A DNA stretch of 32,000 nt. Source: a cyanobacterium endosymbiont of Braarudosphaera bigelowii. Lineage in GTDB: Bacteria > Cyanobacteriota > Cyanobacteriia > Cyanobacteriales > Microcystaceae. Shown in pieces: positions 1 through 10,019 of the stretch. The position numbers were made by a program, and so were the translations under genes. The notes under the pieces are model-generated. The model searched no databases. It had not been told where the DNA came from and saw nothing but the letters and a program-made list of their open reading frames with translations. The stretch spans positions 1,200,001 through 1,232,000 of the forward strand of contig NZ_AP024987.1 in assembly GCF_020885515.1 (NCBI RefSeq), given 5' to 3'. How positions within the stretch are numbered: the first letter of the stretch is position 1; the number at the start of each line of letters is the position of its first letter.

Positions 1-216
1 ACCTAAAAAGGCGGCACTATAAATGTAAACCTAATCTTAATAATTGTTAAGCTTCTTTCTCAGAACATAGATCTAACCTTTATTATTTATGATGAATGGA
101 ATGCTTTTGATTGCTTTGCTTGGAACTAAATTGAAACAGGCATACTAAAATGCGGTCATGTAGATAAAGCAAGTTGTTTTATCATCAATGGATGCTGCAC
201 TCAAAAGAAAAACCTT

Positions 217-234
217 AAAGTTTATAAAGTTTAT
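217..234. repeat. 9-bp perfect tandem duplication (aaagtttat x2) in the psaA leader
   Basis: Read directly: aaagtttataaagtttat at 217-234, 21 nt upstream of the psaA ATG. Confidence 0.8.
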
Positions 235-255
235 TGTCGAGAGAGAAGAACCCTC

Positions 256-2496
256 ATGGCAAAAGGTACTGAGGCGAGAGCTAAGGTTATAGTAGATATC
301 GATCCAGTGCCCACCTCTTTTGAAAAATGGGGTGAGCCAGGACATTTTGATCGCACTTTGGTTCGAGGTCCCAAAACTACTACTTGGATTTGGAACCTCC
401 ATGCTAATGCACACGATTTTGATAGTCAAACAGATGATCTAGAAGATGTTTCACGGAAAATTTTCAGTGCGCACTTTGGTCATCTAGCCGTTATTTTTGT
501 TTGGCTGAGCGGCATGTTTTTTCATGGCGCAAAATTTTCTAATTATGAAGCGTGGTTAACTAACCCAACACTTATCAAGCCTAGCGCTCAAGTTGTTTGG
601 CCAGTCGTAGGCCAAGGAATTTTAAACGGAGATATGGGTGGTGGTTTTCATGGTATTCAGATCACCTCTGGTCTGTTCTATCTATGGAGATCCTCAGGTT
701 ATACTAATAGCTATCAACTCTATGCTACTGCCATTGGTGCATTAGTCATGGCTGCTTTAATGTTGTTTGCTGGATGGTTCCATTACCATAAAAAAGCTCC
801 CAAGCTTGAATGGTTTCAGAACGTGGAATCCATGCTTAATCATCATGTAGCGGGAATATTAGGATTAGGTTGCCTTTCTTGGGCAGGTCATTTAATTCAT
901 GTTTCTTTACCAGTTAATAAGTTGTTAGATGCTGGGGTAGCTATCAAGGATATCCCTCTTCCTCATGAGTTTTTCGATGCTAGCAAAATGGCCGAATTAT
1001 ATCCAAGTTTTGCTAACGGAGTAACTCCTTTCTTTACTTTGAATTGGGGAGCATATTCAGATTTCTTAACTTTTAATGGTGGACTAAATCCACAGACAGG
1101 AAGCTTGTGGCTTACTGATATAGCTCATCACCATTTAGCAGTTGCTGTCCTTTTTATAATTGGCGGCCATGTTTATAGAACTAACTGGAATATTGGTCAT
1201 GGGATGAAAGAGCTTCTTGATGCTCATCAAGGTCCTCTTACAGGAGAAGGTCATAAAGGCTTATATGAAATTTTAACTACTTCATGGCATGCCCAGTTAG
1301 CAGTCAATTTAGCGCTGTTAGGGTCATTGAGTATCATAATAGCTCAGCATATGTATGCTATGCCTCCTTACCCTTATTTGGCAACTGATTATGCGACTCA
1401 GCTATCTTTATTTACCCATCATATGTGGATTGGTGGATTTTTAATAGTTGGTGCTGGTGCGCATGGTGCAATCTTTATGATAAGAGATTACAATCCTGCC
1501 CAAAATGTCGATAACCTCTTGGATAGAGTAATTCGTCATCGTGACGCAATAATCTCCCATCTTAATTGGGTTTGTATGTTTCTTGGTTTTCATAGTTTTG
1601 GACTCTATGTTCACAACGATACTATGAGAGCACTAGGACGTCCACAAGACATGTTTTCAGATTCAGCTATTCAATTACAGCCAATTTTTGCTCAATGGTT
1701 GCAGAATATTCACACACTAGCACCTAGTGGAACAGCACCTCATGCACTAGCAACTGCTAGCTATGCTTTCGGTGGTGATACTATTGCAATTGCTGATAAA
1801 GTTGCTATGATGCCTATTACTTTAGGAACAGCTGATTTCATGATTCATCATGTTCATGCTTTTACTATTCATGTAACTGTTCTTATTCTTTTAAAAGGTG
1901 TACTGTATGCTCGTAGTTCTCGTCTTATTCCAGACAAGAATGAACTAGGATTCAGATTCTCTTGTGATGGTCCTGGACGAGGCGGTACTTGCCAAGTTTC
2001 TGGTTGGGATCATGTATTCCTTGGATTGTTTTGGATGTATAACTCTATCTCTGTAGTTATCTTTCATTTTTCTTGGAAAATGCAATCAGATGTTTGGGGA
2101 ACGGTATCTTCTAGTGGAGATGTTACACATACTACTTTAGGTAACTTTGCACAAGGCGCTATTACCATCAATGGTTGGCTAAGAGACTTCCTTTGGGCAC
2201 AATCAGTTAACGTAATTAATTCTTACGGTTCTGAATTATCAGCATACGGAATTATGTTCTTAGCTGGTCACTTTGTATTTGCTTTTAGTTTAATGTTCCT
2301 ATTTAGTGGACGTGGTTATTGGCAAGAACTTATAGAGTCTATTGTTTGGGCTCATAACAAGTTGAATGTTGCACCTTCTATTCAACCTCGTGCTTTAAGT
2401 ATCATTCAGGGACGAGCTGTTGGGGTAACCCACTATCTATTAGGTGGAATCGTAACTACTTGGGCATTCTTCTTAGCAAGAAGCTTATCACTTTAG
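256..2496 (+). CDS. psaA: Photosystem I P700 apoprotein A1
   Basis: 746-aa ORF with PsaA-type sequence ([55 protein letters not shown]) and the F-X cluster motif [19 protein letters not shown]. Confidence 0.98.
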   Translation: MAKGTEARAKVIVDIDPVPTSFEKWGEPGHFDRTLVRGPKTTTWIWNLHANAHDFDSQTDDLEDVSRKIFSAHFGHLAVIFVWLSGMFFHGAKFSNYEAWLTNPTLIKPSAQVVWPVVGQGILNGDMGGGFHGIQITSGLFYLWRSSGYTNSYQLYATAIGALVMAALMLFAGWFHYHKKAPKLEWFQNVESMLNHHVAGILGLGCLSWAGHLIHVSLPVNKLLDAGVAIKDIPLPHEFFDASKMAELYPSFANGVTPFFTLNWGAYSDFLTFNGGLNPQTGSLWLTDIAHHHLAVAVLFIIGGHVYRTNWNIGHGMKELLDAHQGPLTGEGHKGLYEILTTSWHAQLAVNLALLGSLSIIIAQHMYAMPPYPYLATDYATQLSLFTHHMWIGGFLIVGAGAHGAIFMIRDYNPAQNVDNLLDRVIRHRDAIISHLNWVCMFLGFHSFGLYVHNDTMRALGRPQDMFSDSAIQLQPIFAQWLQNIHTLAPSGTAPHALATASYAFGGDTIAIADKVAMMPITLGTADFMIHHVHAFTIHVTVLILLKGVLYARSSRLIPDKNELGFRFSCDGPGRGGTCQVSGWDHVFLGLFWMYNSISVVIFHFSWKMQSDVWGTVSSSGDVTHTTLGNFAQGAITINGWLRDFLWAQSVNVINSYGSELSAYGIMFLAGHFVFAFSLMFLFSGRGYWQELIESIVWAHNKLNVAPSIQPRALSIIQGRAVGVTHYLLGGIVTTWAFFLARSLSL

Positions 2497-2703
2497 TTTG
2501 TGGCAAAAGGATTAGGAAAATAAAATTAGTTAGTAATTTTTTTTCTATTTGTCCTTTACCCAATTTTGAAAAATCTAAACGATCAATTTATATCGTTCTT
2601 TTTCTAATAAGTCTTTAGTTATAAAAACTAATGGCATTTGGAAAATAAATAGCACTTTTGCAACAGCCTCATTGTTTTAGAGAGGAGAATTTCCTAAAAA
2701 GCT

Positions 2704-4920
2704 ATGGCAACTAAATTTCCAAAATTTAGCCAGGATCTCGCTCAGGATCCAACTACCCGTCGGATCTGGTATGGAATGGCTACGGCCCACGATTTTGAAA
2801 TCCATGATGGAATGACCGAAGAAAATCTTTATCAAAAGATTTTTGCTTCTCATTTTGGTCATCTTGCTATCATATTTTTGTGGACTTCCGGTACCCTTTT
2901 TCACGTAGCCTGGCAAGGTAACTTCGAACAATGGATCAAAGATCCTCTTAATACCCATCCTATCGCTCATGCGATATGGGATCCGCATTTTGGTAAAGGC
3001 GCGATTGATGCTTTTACACAAGCTGGTGCTTCTTCTCCTGTTAATATAGCTTATTCAGGTGTTTATCATTGGTTCTATACAATTGGTATGACAAGTAATA
3101 GCGAACTTTACCAAGGATCTATTTTTCTTTTGATTCTTGCTTCACTATTATTGTTTGCTGGTTGGTTACATTTACAACCTAAGTTTCGTCCAAACTTGGC
3201 TTGGTTTAAAAATGCTGAATCCCGCTTAAATCATCATTTAGCTGGTTTGTTTGGCGTTAGTTCTTTAGCTTGGGCAGGTCACTTAATTCATGTTGCAATA
3301 CCTGAATCTCGTGGTCAACACATACGCTGGAACAACTTTTTATCTACTCCTCCTCACCCAGCAGGACTAGAGCCATTTTTTACAGCTAATTGGAGTGTTT
3401 ATGCACAAAATCCTGATACTATCAACCATGCTTTTGGTACAGCTGAAGGTTCAGGAACAGCAATATTAACTTTCTTAGGTGGTTTTCATCCTCAGACTGA
3501 ATCACTTTGGTTAACTGATATAGCTCATCATCACTTGGCAATCGCAGTAATATTTATTATTGCAGGCCATATGTACAGAACTAACTGGGGAATTGGTCAT
3601 AGCATCAATGAAATACTTGAAGCTCATAATCCTCCTCTTAGTGATCCATTCCATCATGGAAGATTAGGTGCTGGTCATCGTAATATGTATGACACAGTCA
3701 ATAACTCTCTTCATTTCCAACTTGGTTTGGCATTAGCTTCTTTAGGAACTATTACTTCCTTAGTAGCACAACATATGTACTCCATGCCTTCTTATGCTTT
3801 TATTAGTCAAGATCACACTACTCAAGCTGCTCTTTATACTCATCATCAATACATAGCTGGATTTTTGATGGTAGGCGCTTTTGCTCATGGTGCAATATTC
3901 TTTGTACGTGATTACGATCCTGAAAGTAATAAAGATAACGTTCTAGCACGAATGTTAGAACACAAAGAAGCAATTATTTCACATTTAAGTTGGGTATCGT
4001 TGTTTCTTGGTTTTCATACCTTGGGACTATATGTTCATAACGATGTAGTAGTTGCTTTTGGAACTCCTGAAAAACAAATTTTAGTCGAACCAGTATTTGC
4101 TCAGTTTATACAAGCAGCTTCTGGAAAAGTTATGTATGGCTTTGATGTCTTATTATCTAATCCTGATAGTATGGCGTCTACTGGAGCTGCATATCTACCA
4201 AATTGGCTAGAAGCGATTAATAGTGGAAAAAATTCACTATTTCTTGATATTGGTCCTGGTGATTTCTTAGTACATCATGCTATTGCTCTTGGATTACATA
4301 CTACAGTTCTAACTTTAGTCAAAGGAGCATTAGATGCTAGAGGTTCTAAGCTAATGCCTGATAAGAAAGATTTCGGCTACGCCTTCCCTTGTGATGGGCC
4401 TGGTCGTGGAGGTACTTGTGATATTTCTGCTTGGGATTCCTTTTACTTAGCAATGTTTTGGATGCTTAATACAATAGGATGGGTAACTTTCTATTGGCAT
4501 TGGAAACATTTAGGTATCTGGTCTGGTAATGTAGCTCAATTTAATGAAAATTCAACCTATATAATGGGTTGGGTCCGTGATTATCTTTGGGCTAACTCAG
4601 CTCAGTTAATTAATGGATATAATCCATATGGAACAAACAATTTATCCGTCTGGGCTTGGATGTTCCTACTCGGACATTTAGTTTGGGCAACCGGATTTAT
4701 GTTCTTGATTTCTTGGCGTGGTTACTGGCAGGAGTTAATCGAAACACTTGTTTGGGCACATGAACAAACACCGTTAGCTAACCTAGTACAATGGAAAGAT
4801 AAACCAGTTGCTCTTTCTATTCTACAGGCTCGTTTAGTTGGCTTAACACACTTTACAGTGGGTTATGTACTGACTTACGCCGCTTTTCTTATTGCTTCAA
4901 CCGCTAGTAAGTTTGGCTAA
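2704..4920 (+). CDS. psaB: Photosystem I P700 apoprotein A2
   Basis: 738-aa ORF starting [24 protein letters not shown], with the F-X motif [18 protein letters not shown]. Preceded by agaggag Shine-Dalgarno-like sequence and located directly after psaA. Confidence 0.98.
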   Translation: MATKFPKFSQDLAQDPTTRRIWYGMATAHDFEIHDGMTEENLYQKIFASHFGHLAIIFLWTSGTLFHVAWQGNFEQWIKDPLNTHPIAHAIWDPHFGKGAIDAFTQAGASSPVNIAYSGVYHWFYTIGMTSNSELYQGSIFLLILASLLLFAGWLHLQPKFRPNLAWFKNAESRLNHHLAGLFGVSSLAWAGHLIHVAIPESRGQHIRWNNFLSTPPHPAGLEPFFTANWSVYAQNPDTINHAFGTAEGSGTAILTFLGGFHPQTESLWLTDIAHHHLAIAVIFIIAGHMYRTNWGIGHSINEILEAHNPPLSDPFHHGRLGAGHRNMYDTVNNSLHFQLGLALASLGTITSLVAQHMYSMPSYAFISQDHTTQAALYTHHQYIAGFLMVGAFAHGAIFFVRDYDPESNKDNVLARMLEHKEAIISHLSWVSLFLGFHTLGLYVHNDVVVAFGTPEKQILVEPVFAQFIQAASGKVMYGFDVLLSNPDSMASTGAAYLPNWLEAINSGKNSLFLDIGPGDFLVHHAIALGLHTTVLTLVKGALDARGSKLMPDKKDFGYAFPCDGPGRGGTCDISAWDSFYLAMFWMLNTIGWVTFYWHWKHLGIWSGNVAQFNENSTYIMGWVRDYLWANSAQLINGYNPYGTNNLSVWAWMFLLGHLVWATGFMFLISWRGYWQELIETLVWAHEQTPLANLVQWKDKPVALSILQARLVGLTHFTVGYVLTYAAFLIASTASKFG

Positions 4921-4938
4921 AACAGTTTATTGTTTAAA

Positions 4939-5009
4939 GCATAAATCAGTTTAAAAAAGAGATCTTCTACCTTTTAGATAGAAGATCTCTTTTTTAAACT
5001 GATTTATGC
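4939..5009. terminator. Bidirectional intrinsic terminator-like hairpin between psaB and the convergent thioesterase gene
   Basis: Perfect inverted repeat: gcataaatcagtttaaaaaagagatcttcta (4939-4969) / tagaagatctcttttttaaactgatttatgc (4979-5009), loop ccttttaga. The inner GC-containing stem is followed by T6 on each strand. Confidence 0.85.
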
Positions 5010-5016
5010 CTGAGTT

Positions 5017-5436
5017 TCACTTATGCATATTCTCACTCTTTTTATGTAACCAGTTAAGAATGGATGGTGCAAGAGAGGTTCTCTGACGGTTATTAATATC
5101 AATAGACACATGAGTAGTTTGGGCTATTGCAGAATATTTATTAGGAATTAATTCGGAAATTACATAATAAGTAATGCTAAAACCAGTATTGTTGTAATTA
5201 GTAATTGAAATATCTAACCGTAGATTATAACCACAAAATAAAGGTTGATAAAAGTCAATTTCAGCATGAGTAATAGGAATTGCTATTTCGGAATTTAGAA
5301 ATAGACTTTTTAAATCAATTCCCATTAATTGGAGTTCTCTCTCATAAGCTTCATGACAAATTGATAATAGAGAAGAAAAATATACAACTCCTGCTGCATC
5401 AGTATCTGAAAGATGAATAGTTCGATGGTAGGTCAT
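5017..5436 (-). CDS. 1,4-dihydroxy-2-naphthoyl-CoA thioesterase (hotdog fold, phylloquinone pathway)
   Basis: 139 aa, MTYHRTIHLSDTDAAGVVYFSSLLSICHEAYEREL: 4-hydroxybenzoyl-CoA-thioesterase-like hotdog motif typical of cyanobacterial DHNA-CoA hydrolases. Confidence 0.82.
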   Translation of the reverse strand: MTYHRTIHLSDTDAAGVVYFSSLLSICHEAYERELQLMGIDLKSLFLNSEIAIPITHAEIDFYQPLFCGYNLRLDISITNYNNTGFSITYYVISELIPNKYSAIAQTTHVSIDINNRQRTSLAPSILNWLHKKSENMHK

Positions 5437-5469
5437 TTATTATACTGTGTATTAATTAAGCTAGTAGTT

Positions 5470-6006
5470 TTAGTTATTAATATTATTAGGTAATAAATTA
5501 CTGGAATATTTTATGGTTATATAAGCCAATGTCATGCTGAGTAATATTAAAGACATGATAATCGGGAAAAAATTGAACATTTTTAGGATCATAATACCTA
5601 GGCCTAAATAATTAGCTGTCAAAACAGAAATTCTTTGAAAAATACCAGAACATTCAATTGATATTATCTTTAGAACTAAGATATTGATTTTTGCAAAAGA
5701 ATTAAAAAATATTAAACTGATCAAAATTATTGCTATACTCCAATCTTTAGAAAAAGATACTAAATAAAAGCCTAGTAACTCCATAGTAATAGTAATACTA
5801 GTAATAATTAAAAAATTATCAAGTTGAGGATCTCTTAAATACTTTTTAGATATTCTGATATTTGTAAAGTCTACTGTGGCCATCTTTGCCTGTTCTAAGC
5901 ACATCATAAAAATAGTCAGGCATAAAATCTGATCATTCCAATTTGTACTGATAGTAAGCTGATAAAAAATATTTACTCCAGCAAAAGAAAATAATAGAAG
6001 TATCAT
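5470..6006 (-). CDS. Hypothetical integral membrane protein
   Basis: 178-aa ORF with several hydrophobic segments. It ends 33 nt upstream of the thioesterase start on the same strand. Family not recognised. Confidence 0.6.
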   Translation of the reverse strand: MILLLFSFAGVNIFYQLTISTNWNDQILCLTIFMMCLEQAKMATVDFTNIRISKKYLRDPQLDNFLIITSITITMELLGFYLVSFSKDWSIAIILISLIFFNSFAKINILVLKIISIECSGIFQRISVLTANYLGLGIMILKMFNFFPIIMSLILLSMTLAYITIKYSSNLLPNNINN

Positions 6007-6420
6007 AATATTTGATTTTTAGTAAAAGATTTGATTACAGCACCATGGTTCAAGACTACTTATCATAATTTTTTTATATTAACTTCAATAAACTTCAAAC
6101 ATAACAATTTCTAATAAATTAATGTAGATTTTATTATTAAAAGTAAGAGTATTAGCTTTGTACTTAATGATTTTAAATAGTAAAAAATGTACAACTTTAA
6201 ATTATAAATTAATTTCTACTTTTAAGAATTATTTAAAAAAGTCTATCATTCATTTTTGGTACGTAGATATTATATCGACTAGTACTAATAATAGTATGGA
6301 AAAGCTTAAATTTAAGATGTATAGAAATAAGATACTATAAAAAGTAAATGATAAGGCAACTCATATAAAAACTTTTTCAGAAAATAAATCATTTGATAAA
6401 GTCATTCCTTTAAAAAAACA

Positions 6421-7766
6421 AAACTTACAAATGGAAAGTATGCCATTTTCTGTCTGTTTAATAACTATTGAAAAGGCTGTAAAAAAATTCCCAGAATTCG
6501 AAGATGTAATATTAATTTTGCGTTGAAAAAGATGATTATTTTTTATAACCTTCATAAAACAAATATAGAAGAATTCATTTTTTCTATTACGGAAATAGGA
6601 TATTGAGCGTATGTTCTAGATACTAATAATAAAAAAAGTTTAAATATTAATAAACAAACAATAGAGTATTCTTATTTACTAAGAAAGGTGATTTTTGGGA
6701 GCATTATAAATTTAATATTATGAGTTATTTCTTCACCAAAAATGGTTGGTTTTCCTATTCCCCTGATATCTAATTATTTGGGTAGTCCTAGATTACAGTT
6801 AATTTTAAGTGTTCCAGTGGTTCTTTGGTATGGAGAGTATTTTTATAGAGGAGTAATTAAATATTTAAACCAGTTAACTACCAAGATGAGCATATTATTA
6901 ATAATAAGAACAGGAACTGCTTTTTTTGTATTCTATTTTTATAACTTTTTTCCCTAAAATTTTAACTTTTCATGAATTAACTACTGGTATTTACTATAAA
7001 GTATCGGTAGTTATTATTACTTTAATTCTATTAGATTCAATTACTAAAATGTAATGTATCTGAAAAAACTCTAGAAATAGTTAAAAGTTTAATGGACTTG
7101 CAGGCGAAAACTGCTAGAGTAATTCGCTACAATACAATTCAAGATACTGCCATTAATAAATTAACGATATTATTATTGTGCGTCCAGGAGAAAGAATACT
7201 AATTAATGGAAAAATAAAAGGTTTGTTCACGATATCTGATATTGTTAAACCTTCATCTACTAAAGCTATTAAGTAGTTTACAAAGATTATGCTCACTGGG
7301 GATAATTTACAAACTGCCAAAGCAGTATTTGCTGAAGTAATAATATATAAAACCTTTGCACAAGTACGTCCTAGCGGAAATGTAGAGAAAATTAAACAAT
7401 CATTAAGAAAATTGTTGAGATGATTGGAGATGGTATTAATGATGCTCCAGCACTAGACAGGCATCTATTGGTATTGAGATTGGAATAGGGACAGATATCG
7501 TAATATCAGCTAATGATATTACTTTGATTTCAGGAGATTTAAGAAAAATTATAGTAGCAATTCAACTAGATCTTATAACTATGAATAACATTCGCGAAAA
7601 TCTGTTTTTTACCTTTATGTACAATATAATAGGGATTTCTATTGCTGCAGGAATTTTATATACATCACTTGGCATTTTGCTAAACCCTATGGTAGCTGGA
7701 GCAGCTATAATTTTCAGTTCATTGTCTGTAATCTTTAATTTACTAAGATTAAATCAACATAAATAA
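6421..7766 (+). pseudogene. Degraded heavy-metal (copper, PacS/CtaA-like) P1B-type ATPase
   Basis: Remnants run in order over different frames: N-terminal metal-binding domain (MESMPFSVCLITIEKAVKKFPEFEDV then CNINFALKKMIIFYNLHKTNIEEFIFSITEIGY*AY), transmembrane region (KVIFGSIINLILL*VISSPKMVGFPIPLISNYLGSPRLQLILSVPVVLWYGEYFYRG), LQAKTARVIRYNTIQD, MLTGDNLQTAKAVFAEV, VRPSGNVEKIKQ, MIGDGINDAPAL, and C-terminal GTDIVISANDITLISGDLRKIIVAIQL...NIRENLFFTFMYNIIGISIAAGILY. In-frame stops include TGA 6604, TGA 6721 and TAA 6955, plus several frameshifts. Confidence 0.93.
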
Positions 7767-7816
7767 GTTTTATTGTTATTATTTTCTGCGAATATTGAGT
7801 ATTAGAAAATAATAAA

Positions 7817-7870
7817 CATAAAATAAACAACCCTCATACTTTTTTCATGGTGAGGGTTATTTATTTTATG
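7817..7870. terminator. Bidirectional terminator-like hairpin between the ATPase pseudogene and clpP3
   Basis: Arms cataaaataaacaaccctca (7817-7836) / tgagggttatttattttatg (7851-7870), 20 nt with one mismatch. GC-rich core ccctca/tgaggg is followed by a T-rich tail on both strands. Confidence 0.75.
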
Positions 7871-7889
7871 CCAATTGATAACTTAAAGG

Positions 7890-8486
7890 TTATGTTCTTT
7901 CTTCGATCACTTGATCAATCAGGCCATACTTTTTAGCTTCTTCTGCAGATAAGAAGTAATCTCTATCCGTGTCTTTCTCAATCTTTTCAAGAGGTTGTCC
8001 ACATTTACTAGCTAAGATACTGTTTAATTGAGCACGAATACGTAATATTTCATTAGCTTCAATTTCAATATCTGATGCCTGACGTCGTCCAGTACCTCCC
8101 ATAGGTTGATGAATCATAATTCGAGCATGAGGTAGTGCTAAACGTTTTCCTGGGGTTCCTGCTGCTAATAGAAACGATCCCATAGAAGCAGCCAAGCCAA
8201 CACAAATAGTGATTACATCTGATTTAATGTATTGCATGGTATCAAATATAGCCATACCAGCTGTTACAGAACCACCAGGTGAGTTTATATAAAGATAAAT
8301 TGGTTTACCTGAATCTTCGGAGTCGAGATACAATAAGAGAGCAACAATACGGTTAGCAATACCATCAGTTACTTCTTGACTAAGAAAAATTATTCGTTCT
8401 TGACCTAGGCGAGTATAAATATCTATCCATCGTTCATACTGACTACCAGGGAGACGATAAGGAACACTAGGAATACCAATGGGCAT
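7890..8486 (-). CDS. clpP: ATP-dependent Clp protease proteolytic subunit (ClpP3-type)
   Basis: 198 aa with the catalytic Ser motif [14 protein letters not shown], His motif MIHQPMGG and C-terminal [21 protein letters not shown]. Adjacent to clpR as in cyanobacterial clpR-clpP3 pairs. Confidence 0.93.
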   Translation of the reverse strand: MPIGIPSVPYRLPGSQYERWIDIYTRLGQERIIFLSQEVTDGIANRIVALLLYLDSEDSGKPIYLYINSPGGSVTAGMAIFDTMQYIKSDVITICVGLAASMGSFLLAAGTPGKRLALPHARIMIHQPMGGTGRRQASDIEIEANEILRIRAQLNSILASKCGQPLEKIEKDTDRDYFLSAEEAKKYGLIDQVIEERT

Positions 8487-8529
8487 GACTTTAAATAAAT
8501 ATTGGGATAGTCTAAGAATAAGCCAGTAA

Positions 8530-9210
8530 TTAATTAATAAGGCTGGCAGATTTTGGAAGTTCTTTAGTACTTTCTAGTACCCGATCAATTAGTCCGTATT
8601 CTTTTGCCTTTTTGGGTGTTAGGTAAAATGTGCGGTCTATATCTTTAGATATTTTTTCGACAGCATTTCCTGTATTTTTAGAAAGAATTTGCAACATAGT
8701 GCTTTTATTTCTTAATACTTCCTTCGCTCGAATTTGGATATCTGTTGCTTGACCTTGTGCACCTGAACGATTTTGATTGAGAACAATAGTTGCATGAGGA
8801 AGGCTTGCTCGACAACCTTTTGTTCCTGCAGATAATATCATAGCTGCAGTTCCCATAGCCTGACCTATACAAATAGTATGAATTGGAGGCTTTACATAAT
8901 TCATTGTATCGCAAATTGCAAAAGCTTCCGTTTCGAAACCGACTGCATCTCCAGTGTACCAGGATGTACCCGTCGAATTAATGTAAAAAAAAATAGGTTT
9001 ATCTGGGTTATCAAATTGCAAATAAAGCAATTGAGCGATAATGAGTTGGGTGACATCAATTCCAACTTGTTGCTTGACCTCATCAGAAGAAAAGAGAGGC
9101 AACCCTAGGTAAATAATACGCTCTTTAAGTAATAGAGATTCTAAATCCGGTGGAGGAGTACGAAAATTTGCATCTCCATAGTAAGCGGACTGAACAGCTT
9201 TAATTTCCAT
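8530..9210 (-). CDS. clpR: ClpR, ClpP-like subunit lacking the catalytic triad
   Basis: 226 aa, ClpP fold. The Ser motif is replaced ([14 protein letters not shown]), the His motif replaced (HATIVLNQ) and the Asp position replaced (DRTFYLTP). Carries the [16 protein letters not shown] segment. Confidence 0.9.
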   Translation of the reverse strand: MEIKAVQSAYYGDANFRTPPPDLESLLLKERIIYLGLPLFSSDEVKQQVGIDVTQLIIAQLLYLQFDNPDKPIFFYINSTGTSWYTGDAVGFETEAFAICDTMNYVKPPIHTICIGQAMGTAAMILSAGTKGCRASLPHATIVLNQNRSGAQGQATDIQIRAKEVLRNKSTMLQILSKNTGNAVEKISKDIDRTFYLTPKKAKEYGLIDRVLESTKELPKSASLIN

Positions 9211-10019
9211 TGGATAGTTTTTTTATCTAAACAAACGGTGAGTAGAAAATACTCTAATTTCAATTTTAACGAATTCTAAAAATAATCCATTAAAAACAAA
9301 ATTTCTCTAAAGCCTCAATTAATAATTGAAGCCGAGGTAAGATTAAAAAGCGAAACTTTTATACTAAATCATACTTTTTACACATATACCATTATAGTAT
9401 ATTTCTTGTTATATTAAATAAATTAAAAAATAGCGGTTTCTATTAGATTTTCTAATTATCTACAATAATGATATCGGAAAACATAAGTTTAAACATTTTC
9501 TCTCTATCAAGTTTTTTTATGCCTGTCAAAATAGTCCTATAAATAAAAGCTTGTCTCAAAATAAGTCAAATTTTATTAAAGTCACTATTATATATAAAGA
9601 AATAATAACTTCTAGTTTAAATAATTAGAGAAAACACATTAACTTAAACTTAGTTACCAAATAGAATCTCACCAAGATAAGGTTTTTATTAATATTAGTC
9701 AAAGCGATTTTTAAAAATTTTATCATCATTTCCTTGAAGATAAAATTTGAGTTTTTTAAAGTTTCATTTATTTTTTGTAAAAAGTTAGAAGAGGTAAGAA
9801 AAGAAAATCATCGAATAAAATTGAAGAATTGCGGTAAATTTTTACAAACCGTAATACAATAGACACCATCTTTAATGAAAATCTGTCTTCAAATCGGAAC
9901 TCTCATGGTAAAGTCCAAAAATTTCGTTTGCCAGAAACTTCATAATAACTTATTAGGATCTTACAAGTTAAGTAAGTGTATGTTAGTGCTTAAGTTGGCG
10001 TGAGGAGTGAAATTAATTA

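Noticed and set aside
1-255. HLR1/RpaB-type promoter element upstream of psaA
   Set aside because: I looked for paired TTACA-type direct repeats and found no convincing pair, so I do not claim one.
145-429. 94-aa minus-strand ORF at the psaA 5' end
   Set aside because: Overlaps and opposes the confidently assigned psaA coding start, and has no recognisable family.
2677-3021. 114-aa minus-strand ORF over the psaB start
   Set aside because: Antisense to conserved psaB coding sequence. Best explained as a shadow ORF.
6158-6340. 60-aa plus-strand ORF
   Set aside because: Low-complexity K/N/I-rich translation in AT-rich DNA with no family features.
6361-6555. 64-aa minus-strand ORF
   Set aside because: Covers the N-terminal metal-binding remnant of the ATPase pseudogene, which is clearly readable on the plus strand.
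6601-6723. In-frame TGA codons (6604, 6721) as possible recoding (TGA=Trp or selenocysteine)
   Set aside because: The reading frame also has TAA stops, frameshifts and a large deletion. Intact genes nearby use TGG for Trp normally.
6742-6957. 71-aa ORF as an independent small membrane protein
   Set aside because: The same frame continues upstream through TGA codons with ATPase-like sequence, so it is a fragment of the pseudogene.
7524-7766. 80-aa ORF as an independent small protein
   Set aside because: It is the C-terminal segment of the same P-type ATPase and lacks its own plausible start context.
8705-9108. ORFs 8705..8914, 8878..9108 and 8901..9083
   Set aside because: Internal or antisense to clpR, with no independent coding signal.
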